Shown piece after piece: positions 18,436 to 27,303 of a stretch of 64,000 bases of DNA. The position numbers and the translations under genes were made by a program. Every line of letters starts with the position of its first letter. The stretch's first letter is position 1. Origin of the DNA: a virus; IMG/VR virus record IMGVR_UViG_3300008117_000010, positions 32,001-96,000 of that record. One strand, written 5' to 3'. The notes under the pieces were generated by a model. That model ran no database searches. It had not been told where the DNA came from and was given only the letters and a program-made list of their open reading frames with translations.

Positions 18436-21246
18436 ATGGCAAATGAACCAATAAATAAAGCTCTTTATAATAGAGTTAAAAGTGAAGCCAAACGAAAATT
18501 CGATAGATGGCCAAGTGCTTATGGCTCTGCGTGGCTAGTAAAAGAATATAAAAGACGCGGTGGCAAGTATAAGCAAGATGGTGGTGGTATGTCACAAGAC
18601 GCACTTAAATCAATGCAATCTTTCTATGAAGATTTTCAATCAAATAAATTTGATGCTGATGCATTTAAAAAGACTACAAATAATCTGTATGATTTAGGTT
18701 TAAAAAATGAAGGTACTAAAACCAGTTATTTAAAAAGTGTAAAAGGTCCTGGTCTTTTTGGAACAGGATTGTTTGGTAAAAACTATTATAAGAGACCTGG
18801 TCTTTTTTCTAAGGATACATACTATACAGATGTAAATGTTCAAAAAGGTTTAGATCAAAAAGGTAATCCTTATTATGTTCCTTTCGATGAATATAATAAT
18901 GAAAATCTTATTGAACCTATAAATGATTTACCTGAATTTCCAGAAATGGCACAAGGTGGCGGTATACCTGAAAGGTATCGTAATATGGGCTTTAATAAAG
19001 TTGGTGCTAAAAAACAATCCAATCGTCCAGGTAAAAAATGGATGGTACTCGCAAAGAAAGGTGATAAATATAAAGTTGTTCATGGTGGCTATAAAGGAAT
19101 GAAAGATTTTACTCAACATGGTAATCCTAAAAGACGTGAACGTTTTTGGGATAGAATGGGTGGTCGTGATTCCGCAAAAGCAAAGGATCCATTTTCACCA
19201 TTGTACTGGCACAAACGCTTTGGTACTTGGCAAGAAGGTGGTCAATATAATTATGATATAAATAATCCAATACCCCAATTTGAAATGGGAAATTCAATAT
19301 TATCTAAAATGCAAAATGAAGCTATGAGAAAAGGATATCTCAAACAAGGTGGAACTCCATGCTATGAATGTGGTGGTTCTTATGCTAAAGGTGGAACAAA
19401 TAATCCAGGTTTTAAAGCACTACCGCCTTACGTTCAACAAAAGATTAAATCAAATATGCAAACAGGAGGAATGACTCCTTTTAATGCAAATCCAGATTAT
19501 TATAATGAGCGTCTACGCAACTTTATTGATTTGGTTAATGGCACCGCTAGTGATAGTCTTTTCTCTGAAATGGAACAAGAAGGTATGATGCCACAAGCAC
19601 GTTACGGAATGTCATATCTTCCATTAGCACAAAACGGTAAAGAACAAAAAGTACCCTACGTTTATTACAAAGGTAAACTAATGCCCTATGATGAAGCTGA
19701 TAGAATGTTACCACAGTTTAACCGCTTTCCGAAAGGAACTAAAATATATAATGAATATGGTGATGAAATTGGAACTATAAGAGATTATGGTCAAACTGTA
19801 AAAGGTGGTAAACCAAAGTTTGAATTTAAAGCTGCTGATCCAAATCTTACTCAAGAAAAATTAGAAGAGTTTGCAAACTTATATGGACAAGAAGCGTTAG
19901 CTAACGCAATGGCTGAAGGATTAATAGACGAGTACACACCTGTTTCACGTTTTATAGATCAGACAATGGGAAGAGGAGTTACAGCGGCAACTAATCCTTT
20001 TGCTGAAGCATCTACAATAAATTATAATAACATTGCTGATGATAACATATTAACAGATCCAGATATAAAACGTGCATATGCAGATAATAAAGCTGCAAAT
20101 AATCAAAATAATAGTAGAACTGGTAGCGGTACAGGTAGTAATACTGGAAGTGGTGCAGCAACAAGTACAGGAGCAAGTGGTGCACGTGCAACTGTTAAAC
20201 AACAATTTGAAGAAATCAATGGTCCTGGTTCTTGGCAAAGAGCAAAAGATGCAGGATTAACAGATGGAAGTGCAGAAGCTAATTTAGCTCTTCTTGAACG
20301 CGCACAAAATAATGAAGATGTTTTCGCAGATGTAGATGAAATAGAAGAAACAACTGTTCCAGAAACAACTGATGAAACAGTAGAAGGAGAAGTAGAAACA
20401 AAAGCAGAAGGAGAAGCAGAAACTACACCAGGTACAAGTGGTACAACAGATCAAATTGGATTACAACAAGCACCCGAATTTGCTAATATTAGCTCCTGGA
20501 CAAATTTTGGAAATGAACCAGTAATGTATTCAGATCCAGAAACTGGAATGGTAATGAATGTTCCACAAGAAATGCTTAATCAAGGTGCTGGTCAAATGTA
20601 TGGTCAACAGTTTCCTGTTTATCTTAAGAAATTTCGTCAAGGACCTTTTGGTACTGTTGCTAAATTTAGACCATATCCAACAGCAGGTGGTTCAGGTAAT
20701 CTATTTGATAGAATAGCTAATGTATTTAGCCCTAATCAAGCAGGACCTCAAGTACCACCAAATATAATGGAAGGAGATGAAGATATAATATCTCAATTAC
20801 AAGAGCAAAAATTATTACGTCCAAGAGATGTTCGTAAAATGCGTCGTCAAGAATCAAGAGAAATGCGTAGAGATCAACGTGGAAATTTAAGAGAGATGCG
20901 TAATGCTGCAAATGATATTATCAAAGGTAGTAATATGCAAAAAAGAGGAGAGATGTTTGATGCCAGAATGGATATGCGTGATGAGCGTTTTAATGATAGA
21001 ATGGATAGAAGAGCAAATAGAATTAATGAAAGATTTGATAGAAGAATAGAAAGAAATCAAGATCAACTTGAACGATTCCAGGATAGAATGCAAAGAAAAG
21101 AAGAAAGAAGAAATAGAAAAGCAGAATATGGTGGTATGTCTAATCCATATCTTTATATGTATAAAGAAGGCGGTGAATATTATATGGATGAAAATACTAT
21201 TAATATGATACTTGCAATGGGTGGTAATATTGAATTTATAGATTAA
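18436..21246 (+). CDS. Modular virion cargo protein with small basic domains and low-complexity tracts
   Basis: N-terminal WPSAY...YKRRGG module, a KKWMV...DFTQH...RRERF...SPLYW module, many xxxGG motifs and an R/D/E-rich helix. Confidence 0.6.
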   Translation: MANEPINKALYNRVKSEAKRKFDRWPSAYGSAWLVKEYKRRGGKYKQDGGGMSQDALKSMQSFYEDFQSNKFDADAFKKTTNNLYDLGLKNEGTKTSYLKSVKGPGLFGTGLFGKNYYKRPGLFSKDTYYTDVNVQKGLDQKGNPYYVPFDEYNNENLIEPINDLPEFPEMAQGGGIPERYRNMGFNKVGAKKQSNRPGKKWMVLAKKGDKYKVVHGGYKGMKDFTQHGNPKRRERFWDRMGGRDSAKAKDPFSPLYWHKRFGTWQEGGQYNYDINNPIPQFEMGNSILSKMQNEAMRKGYLKQGGTPCYECGGSYAKGGTNNPGFKALPPYVQQKIKSNMQTGGMTPFNANPDYYNERLRNFIDLVNGTASDSLFSEMEQEGMMPQARYGMSYLPLAQNGKEQKVPYVYYKGKLMPYDEADRMLPQFNRFPKGTKIYNEYGDEIGTIRDYGQTVKGGKPKFEFKAADPNLTQEKLEEFANLYGQEALANAMAEGLIDEYTPVSRFIDQTMGRGVTAATNPFAEASTINYNNIADDNILTDPDIKRAYADNKAANNQNNSRTGSGTGSNTGSGAATSTGASGARATVKQQFEEINGPGSWQRAKDAGLTDGSAEANLALLERAQNNEDVFADVDEIEETTVPETTDETVEGEVETKAEGEAETTPGTSGTTDQIGLQQAPEFANISSWTNFGNEPVMYSDPETGMVMNVPQEMLNQGAGQMYGQQFPVYLKKFRQGPFGTVAKFRPYPTAGGSGNLFDRIANVFSPNQAGPQVPPNIMEGDEDIISQLQEQKLLRPRDVRKMRRQESREMRRDQRGNLREMRNAANDIIKGSNMQKRGEMFDARMDMRDERFNDRMDRRANRINERFDRRIERNQDQLERFQDRMQRKEERRNRKAEYGGMSNPYLYMYKEGGEYYMDENTINMILAMGGNIEFID

Positions 21247-21250
21247 ACTA

Positions 21251-24073
21251 ATGAGAAAAGTAAGAATAAAAAAACTAGCATATGGGGGCAATACTATTGC
21301 CCCTCCATATATGCCAGATCAATATAGCGTACCCGAAACTAAATTTAATAATACATTAACTAAGGTACCAATACCTGAAGCAAATATAGAAGCTGAAGGT
21401 GGTGAAACTGCATTGTTGCCTGATGTTGGTGGAACTAGTGCATTATATAATATTCGTGGACCTCGACACAGCGAAGGTGGTGTAGCTTTAAATGTACCTG
21501 AAAATTCATTTATATATAGCGACACTGCTAAAATGAAAATTAAAAACGAGGAGATATTAAAAATGTTTGGATACTCTGATGGTGAAATTAAAAAGATTAG
21601 AAAATCAAAAGGAATTACACCAGCAGAAATTTCTAAGAAATATCAAATAAATAAATTTCGCGAAGTATTACAAGATCCTAATAGTAATAAAAGAGAAAGA
21701 AAAACTGCAGAGTTAAATATTAAAAATGCTAATATTAAATTAGCTATTCTTGCTCTTTATCAAGAATCAATGAAAGGTTTCCCTGATGGTATTCCTATTG
21801 TTGCTTTACCATTTATTGCTAAATTCGGAATAGATCCTTCAAGCTTTTTACCTGTTACACCAGAATCCATAAATCAAGCTCAACCTAATCAACCAATGAT
21901 GGAAGAAGAGGAGAATGAGGAAATGGAAAACTATGAAGAAGGTGAAGAAGAAGAATATGAAGAGGAGGGAATGGAAGAAGAATATAATGAAGAATATGAG
22001 GAGGGTGAAGGAATGCCAATGGCAGAAGATGGAATGGCTAATGCAGGTAATCTTTTAGATTTTTTAGCTAACTTTGATCCAACTGTAACACAACAAGAAC
22101 CTGATATTACTATACCCGATGCTAATTTTAATGTTAAATTAAAAGAAATAGGTAAGTATGATGCAGATATGATGTTAGCTGGTTTAGATCTAGCAAATAA
22201 TTTAGCACGACTACCAGAAGAAAAAAGAAGAGAGGAAGCATTTAGAAAAAAAACAGGAGCAGATGAATTATATGCGGATGCTGAAGGAAGTCAAGGATCA
22301 TATGATGTTAATACAGGAGAATTTATACCTACTACAGAAGAACAAACACCTGTACAATTTACAGGTGATGCAACATACGGTAAATATGGTGGAGGTTTAA
22401 GAAAGTTTGTTTATCAAGATGGAGGAGAATTTGACCCAGAACTAGGAGTTTATATGACATACCAAAACGGTAGAGAAGTTTATATGGATGCTAATGATGT
22501 ACCTGCACCTGCGGGTTGGAGTCCTGATGATTATAATAGAATTCTTGAAGATGAATATGAAATGCCTCAAGCTCGATATGGAATGCAAATAGCACAAAAT
22601 GGTGCAGAAAAAAAAGGAATGTATAATCGAGTAGAAGAAACTTTTAAAGGGAATGAAAAACTAAAACAACTATTGTATGAAAAAACTTTAGCTGCTTTAA
22701 AAAATGAATCATATATAAATAAAAATGCCCTTAAAAGAAAAGGAGTAGATATAGATAAAGCAATTAAAGAACTTACTCCCGAAAAAGCACTTGAAGCATT
22801 TTTAGCAATGCAGAAAAGAAACTATGGGGTAGTAGAAAATAAAGGAGCTGAATGGATACGTTCACAATCACAATCAAATAGTAAAGCATTTGATGATGCA
22901 TATGGTGAATTAGAACTTGGTTCTGCTGATCCATTAAATGTAGCACTTGGTCAAGCTTCTTATTTAGGATATCGTGACTTGTTAGAAGATCGTGATGCAG
23001 GAAAACTTGAAGAAGATGTTAATGCTGATCTTGCTCCTTTTATTGTAAGACAAGTAGGTAAACAAGATGAAAAATATGGATTTGATCCAGAACAAGATAT
23101 AAGTAAAATTGATGCAATTGGTACTAATACTACTGTAGGACAGTTAGCAGGGATTAAACAAGATGAGGATGTAGAAGAGACACCTGAAGCAACAACACCA
23201 AAAACTCCTGCTCCAGAATTAATGCCTCAAACTTTAGGTGAAGCAGCAGCTGCACCACCATCAGTAGGACCATATCCACAAGATGTTCTTAGCATGGGTG
23301 AAGCATTTGCTAATCGTATGGGATTGCGAAGAACTTTTCCATGGGCTCCTAAAATTGAACCTGTATTACCTCAAGCAACATTCTTTGATCCACGTAGAGC
23401 AGAAGCTAATACAATGGCAGCATATAATACTGCACTTAATGAATTAGGTGCATATGCAACACCACAGTTTTTAAGTTCACGTGCAGGTTCCGTTGCAGCA
23501 AATGCAATGAACTCTGCTGCAGATATCATTAGTCAAGTACAAAATAATAATGTACAAATAGCAAATTCATTTGAAACTCAAAAAGCTAGTATATTAAATA
23601 ATGCTAACTTAACAAATGCAGCACAAGCAAAACAATTGTATGATGACACAACAATGTTAAATCAACAATATGAAAATGCTAAAAGAGATACAAGAAATAA
23701 ACTTTTGAGTACTATTAAAAATAGTATAACCAATATGGCTACTACGGATGTAATAAACCAAATATATGGTGATAGGTTTATGATTGATCCGACAATAGGC
23801 GGTGGATTAAGATTTTATAATCCACCTGAATCTATTTCTCCTGCTGCTCAAACACAAAGCATGGGTGAACAATTTGCTCAATTTGCAAAACAGTTTGAGG
23901 GACTTGATATTGAAGATAAAACTTTATTAGAATTGTTTCTTAAGGGACAAACTGGTACAGCTTCTACAAATAAAGAAGTTGATGCTCTGGCAGCAATGAG
24001 TTCAATACCACAAGCAGCATACGGAGGTAGTAGAAAACTTAGAAAAGTTAGAATAAAAAAAGCACCTAGATAA
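21251..24073 (+). CDS. Putative virion cargo/ejection protein
   Basis: ANIEAEGGE...GPRHSEGGV motif (21458), an acidic tract, an A/N/Q-rich helical C-half and RKVRIKK at both ends. Confidence 0.6.
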   Translation: MRKVRIKKLAYGGNTIAPPYMPDQYSVPETKFNNTLTKVPIPEANIEAEGGETALLPDVGGTSALYNIRGPRHSEGGVALNVPENSFIYSDTAKMKIKNEEILKMFGYSDGEIKKIRKSKGITPAEISKKYQINKFREVLQDPNSNKRERKTAELNIKNANIKLAILALYQESMKGFPDGIPIVALPFIAKFGIDPSSFLPVTPESINQAQPNQPMMEEEENEEMENYEEGEEEEYEEEGMEEEYNEEYEEGEGMPMAEDGMANAGNLLDFLANFDPTVTQQEPDITIPDANFNVKLKEIGKYDADMMLAGLDLANNLARLPEEKRREEAFRKKTGADELYADAEGSQGSYDVNTGEFIPTTEEQTPVQFTGDATYGKYGGGLRKFVYQDGGEFDPELGVYMTYQNGREVYMDANDVPAPAGWSPDDYNRILEDEYEMPQARYGMQIAQNGAEKKGMYNRVEETFKGNEKLKQLLYEKTLAALKNESYINKNALKRKGVDIDKAIKELTPEKALEAFLAMQKRNYGVVENKGAEWIRSQSQSNSKAFDDAYGELELGSADPLNVALGQASYLGYRDLLEDRDAGKLEEDVNADLAPFIVRQVGKQDEKYGFDPEQDISKIDAIGTNTTVGQLAGIKQDEDVEETPEATTPKTPAPELMPQTLGEAAAAPPSVGPYPQDVLSMGEAFANRMGLRRTFPWAPKIEPVLPQATFFDPRRAEANTMAAYNTALNELGAYATPQFLSSRAGSVAANAMNSAADIISQVQNNNVQIANSFETQKASILNNANLTNAAQAKQLYDDTTMLNQQYENAKRDTRNKLLSTIKNSITNMATTDVINQIYGDRFMIDPTIGGGLRFYNPPESISPAAQTQSMGEQFAQFAKQFEGLDIEDKTLLELFLKGQTGTASTNKEVDALAAMSSIPQAAYGGSRKLRKVRIKKAPR

Positions 24074-24087
24074 ATCTAGATTAAATT

Positions 24088-27000
24088 ATGGCAACTTATA
24101 TACAAGGAGTAACAGATTATATTCCTGAAATTCAACCGTTTCAACCTGACTATAATATTTTAGCACAGGCGCTTAGTACAAAAGAAGCGCAATATCAAGC
24201 AGGCTATGATAAAATAAGTGGAATATACGGTACACTTTTGAATTCAAATATGACGCACTCAGAGAATATTGAGAGGCGTAATAAATACTTTACTCAAATA
24301 GAAAATGAAATTCAAAAGATTGCAGGTCTAGATCTTAGTAGACAAGATAATGTTATAAGTGCTCAACAAGTTTTTAAACCATTAATAAATGATAAGTACA
24401 TTCATAAGGATATGTCCTTTACTAAATCATTTGAAGATAGTTTATTAGCTTCTGAAAATTATAAAAGATGTGTTGGAGAAAATTGTGGTGGTCAATGGTG
24501 GGAAACTGGAGATTTAGAATTAGCATATAAAAGGGAAGAGTTTGCAAATGCATCACTTGACCAAACCTTAGGTATGCAAAATTTAAATTACACTCCATTT
24601 CAGAATGCTTACAAAATGGGGATGGATTTTGCAAAAGAAATGAATTTTGAATCACAATCAGTAGAAATAACACCTGATGGTAGATATCAAATAACGAGGA
24701 CAAATGGTCAACAAATGGTTCCCGATCTATCTCAATATATGATGGCAACTGTAGGTAATGATCCTAAAGTAGCTGATACATATAAAACACAAGCATATGT
24801 AGATAGAAAAAATTATATAAAAGCAAATGCACAACAATACGGTAGTGAAGAAGCTGCTGAGCGTCAATACTTTACAGAAGTATTTACTGCAGTTGAAGAA
24901 TCAAATGCACGACGCCAAGCAGAATTAGAAAAACAAAATCAACAAATTGATAATAAGAAAAAACTTGTTGAAGAAAATAAAAAGACAGGAATTAATCCTG
25001 CATATGATACAGATCCAGAAGCTTTATTATTAGGTCTTGATACTCAAAAAGAAGTTGTTAGTATAAATAAAAAACAAGCAGATGATATAGCTGATTTATC
25101 AAATCCAAGTATTGTTCCAAATCTTCCAATAGATGTACTAAGAAGTAGAGTTGATGCTATTACTGCAAGTAATTCATTACAAGAAACTTTGATTACTGCA
25201 GCATCTAACTATGCTAACCTCACTCAAAAGGTTGAAATAAAAGCCGATGAGTATGGTAAAATGCAAGTACAGCATCAATATAATATGGCTGAAATTGCAT
25301 ATAAAGCACAGCTTGATGCAGAAAAAGAAAAAAAGGAAAGTGAAACAATGGCAGATGCTTTAGGCATTACTGATGGTGTTATTGTTCCTGGAGATGTGGG
25401 TCAAACAGATCCCAATTATAATGTTCAGGAAGAAATGATTAAAAGAGAAGAATCATTGCGTGGAGATGGAACTGCTAAAACTGAACATTTAAGCCAAGTA
25501 GTAGTAAGTCAATTACAATCAGTTGCTAATGATCCAAATGCAAGTCCAGAAAGAAGACAAGAAGCAAGAAGATTATTAGAAGATACATATGGTGTATTAG
25601 AAACCTCAACTACATATAAAGAAAAAACTTATTTAGATGAGTTTGTTGAGGAAATGAAACAAGATTGGGAATCTGATGATGAGTTTACATGGTATAATCC
25701 ACTAGATTTATTTGATATTGCTAAACAAGCTGCTGATGCCAGTTGGGATTATATGTTTGATGATGAAAAAAAGGAATCAGTAAAAGTTGAAAAAGAAGGA
25801 TACTTAAGAAAAGATGCAAGTGGTAATTTATCACTTGTAAAAGATTGGCAAAATAAAGCTAAAACACCTTTCATAAATGATATGAAAAGTGCTAATAATG
25901 TTTTAGAACTTCAGGGAAGAATTAAGAATTTAATAACAAGTGAAGATTTTAAACAAGTAATTAAAGGTCGTGAAGATGTTATTTTACCCGATCTTTATCA
26001 AGCTTATAATGATATACAAGGAACGGAAGCAGAATTACTTGCAGTGCAACAAGCACATTTAAATAATAATAAAGCTGTTTTAAGTTATATTCAATCAACA
26101 CCAACAGATGAATATGATCCATTTATAATGGAAGCACGCGAACAGTTTTTAGATGATAAAGGAAACATAAGATCATTAGAAGAATTTGCACAAGCAGTAA
26201 TGCCTGTTGTTGCTAATCATCCAGATAGAGAAGTATGGGATTGGTCTAGTGCAGCAAAAGGTGCTATGACTGCTAATCTAATACCAATTGTTGGACCAGT
26301 AGCAGGAGTAGTAAGTGGATATAGATCTGGAAAAGTTCCAATGGGTGAATTAGATCAAGAAGATATGATGGATGAAATCGAATCTATATATGATGAATTT
26401 AAAGAAGACTTTAGTGATGCATATGCAAACAAAGATATTCCAGGTATTACAACAGAGTTTAGTCCGTTAGGTGGACACACTGGAGCATTTTCACAAGGTG
26501 TAAGTTATCAAGTTGATTCAATGCTTGGTGGTATGGCTCCATCAAATAGAGCAGCTGGTGAATTATTATCAGCAATAAATCAAAGTGGTGCATTAGCTAA
26601 TCCTAAAGCAGCTGAAGCAACATGGATAATGGGAGATGGTTCTATGATTACTCCAGATGTAATTGATGATCAATATAGTGAAGATAAAGAAAATGCTATT
26701 AGAGCAATGATGCAACAAATGAGCATGGATTTTTTAAGTAGTAATCCAAAAAATACCACAGACGGTAGACCAAGATTTAAAATAACTAGTTATGGTACCG
26801 GAGCTCAAAATCGTAATAATGTTGCAATAACCTTTACACCGTCTCAAGCATATTTAAAAGGATTAATAGGTTCAGAAAATTTACCTGGGGTATATAGATC
26901 TGCCTTTGGTAAAAATATGGATCAAGCTACATTCACATTAATTATACCACGTGAAAAATTAGCCCAACATACTGGTTCTGATGGTAGACCTCGTGAAACA

Positions 27001-27303
27001 GCTATTATTTCTAGACATACTAATACGCGTGTTGAAAGAGTATTTAACTTAACAAATCAATATAACATTGATTATGGTAATTTAGGTGGTAGTTCTTCTA
27101 TAAGAAGAGATTCAAATGGTAATGTTTTCTTATATCAAACATCTGCAGAATATGATCCACAAACAGGAAGAATAATAAATACTCCGTTAGCACCTGTTTA
27201 TTTAAAAGATTTTGATATTAATCAAACTGTGGAAACGTTAAATCAAACCCATAAAGAAATCTTACAAGACAATAGTATTAACATAAAAAGAGATAGAAGA
27301 TAA
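24088..27303 (+). CDS. Putative virion cargo/ejection protein
   Basis: 1071 aa, mostly helical/coiled-coil, with a glycine-zipper-like hydrophobic segment (26251-26322). Lies upstream of the giant RNAP-associated genes. Confidence 0.55.
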   Translation: MATYIQGVTDYIPEIQPFQPDYNILAQALSTKEAQYQAGYDKISGIYGTLLNSNMTHSENIERRNKYFTQIENEIQKIAGLDLSRQDNVISAQQVFKPLINDKYIHKDMSFTKSFEDSLLASENYKRCVGENCGGQWWETGDLELAYKREEFANASLDQTLGMQNLNYTPFQNAYKMGMDFAKEMNFESQSVEITPDGRYQITRTNGQQMVPDLSQYMMATVGNDPKVADTYKTQAYVDRKNYIKANAQQYGSEEAAERQYFTEVFTAVEESNARRQAELEKQNQQIDNKKKLVEENKKTGINPAYDTDPEALLLGLDTQKEVVSINKKQADDIADLSNPSIVPNLPIDVLRSRVDAITASNSLQETLITAASNYANLTQKVEIKADEYGKMQVQHQYNMAEIAYKAQLDAEKEKKESETMADALGITDGVIVPGDVGQTDPNYNVQEEMIKREESLRGDGTAKTEHLSQVVVSQLQSVANDPNASPERRQEARRLLEDTYGVLETSTTYKEKTYLDEFVEEMKQDWESDDEFTWYNPLDLFDIAKQAADASWDYMFDDEKKESVKVEKEGYLRKDASGNLSLVKDWQNKAKTPFINDMKSANNVLELQGRIKNLITSEDFKQVIKGREDVILPDLYQAYNDIQGTEAELLAVQQAHLNNNKAVLSYIQSTPTDEYDPFIMEAREQFLDDKGNIRSLEEFAQAVMPVVANHPDREVWDWSSAAKGAMTANLIPIVGPVAGVVSGYRSGKVPMGELDQEDMMDEIESIYDEFKEDFSDAYANKDIPGITTEFSPLGGHTGAFSQGVSYQVDSMLGGMAPSNRAAGELLSAINQSGALANPKAAEATWIMGDGSMITPDVIDDQYSEDKENAIRAMMQQMSMDFLSSNPKNTTDGRPRFKITSYGTGAQNRNNVAITFTPSQAYLKGLIGSENLPGVYRSAFGKNMDQATFTLIIPREKLAQHTGSDGRPRETAIISRHTNTRVERVFNLTNQYNIDYGNLGGSSSIRRDSNGNVFLYQTSAEYDPQTGRIINTPLAPVYLKDFDINQTVETLNQTHKEILQDNSINIKRDRR

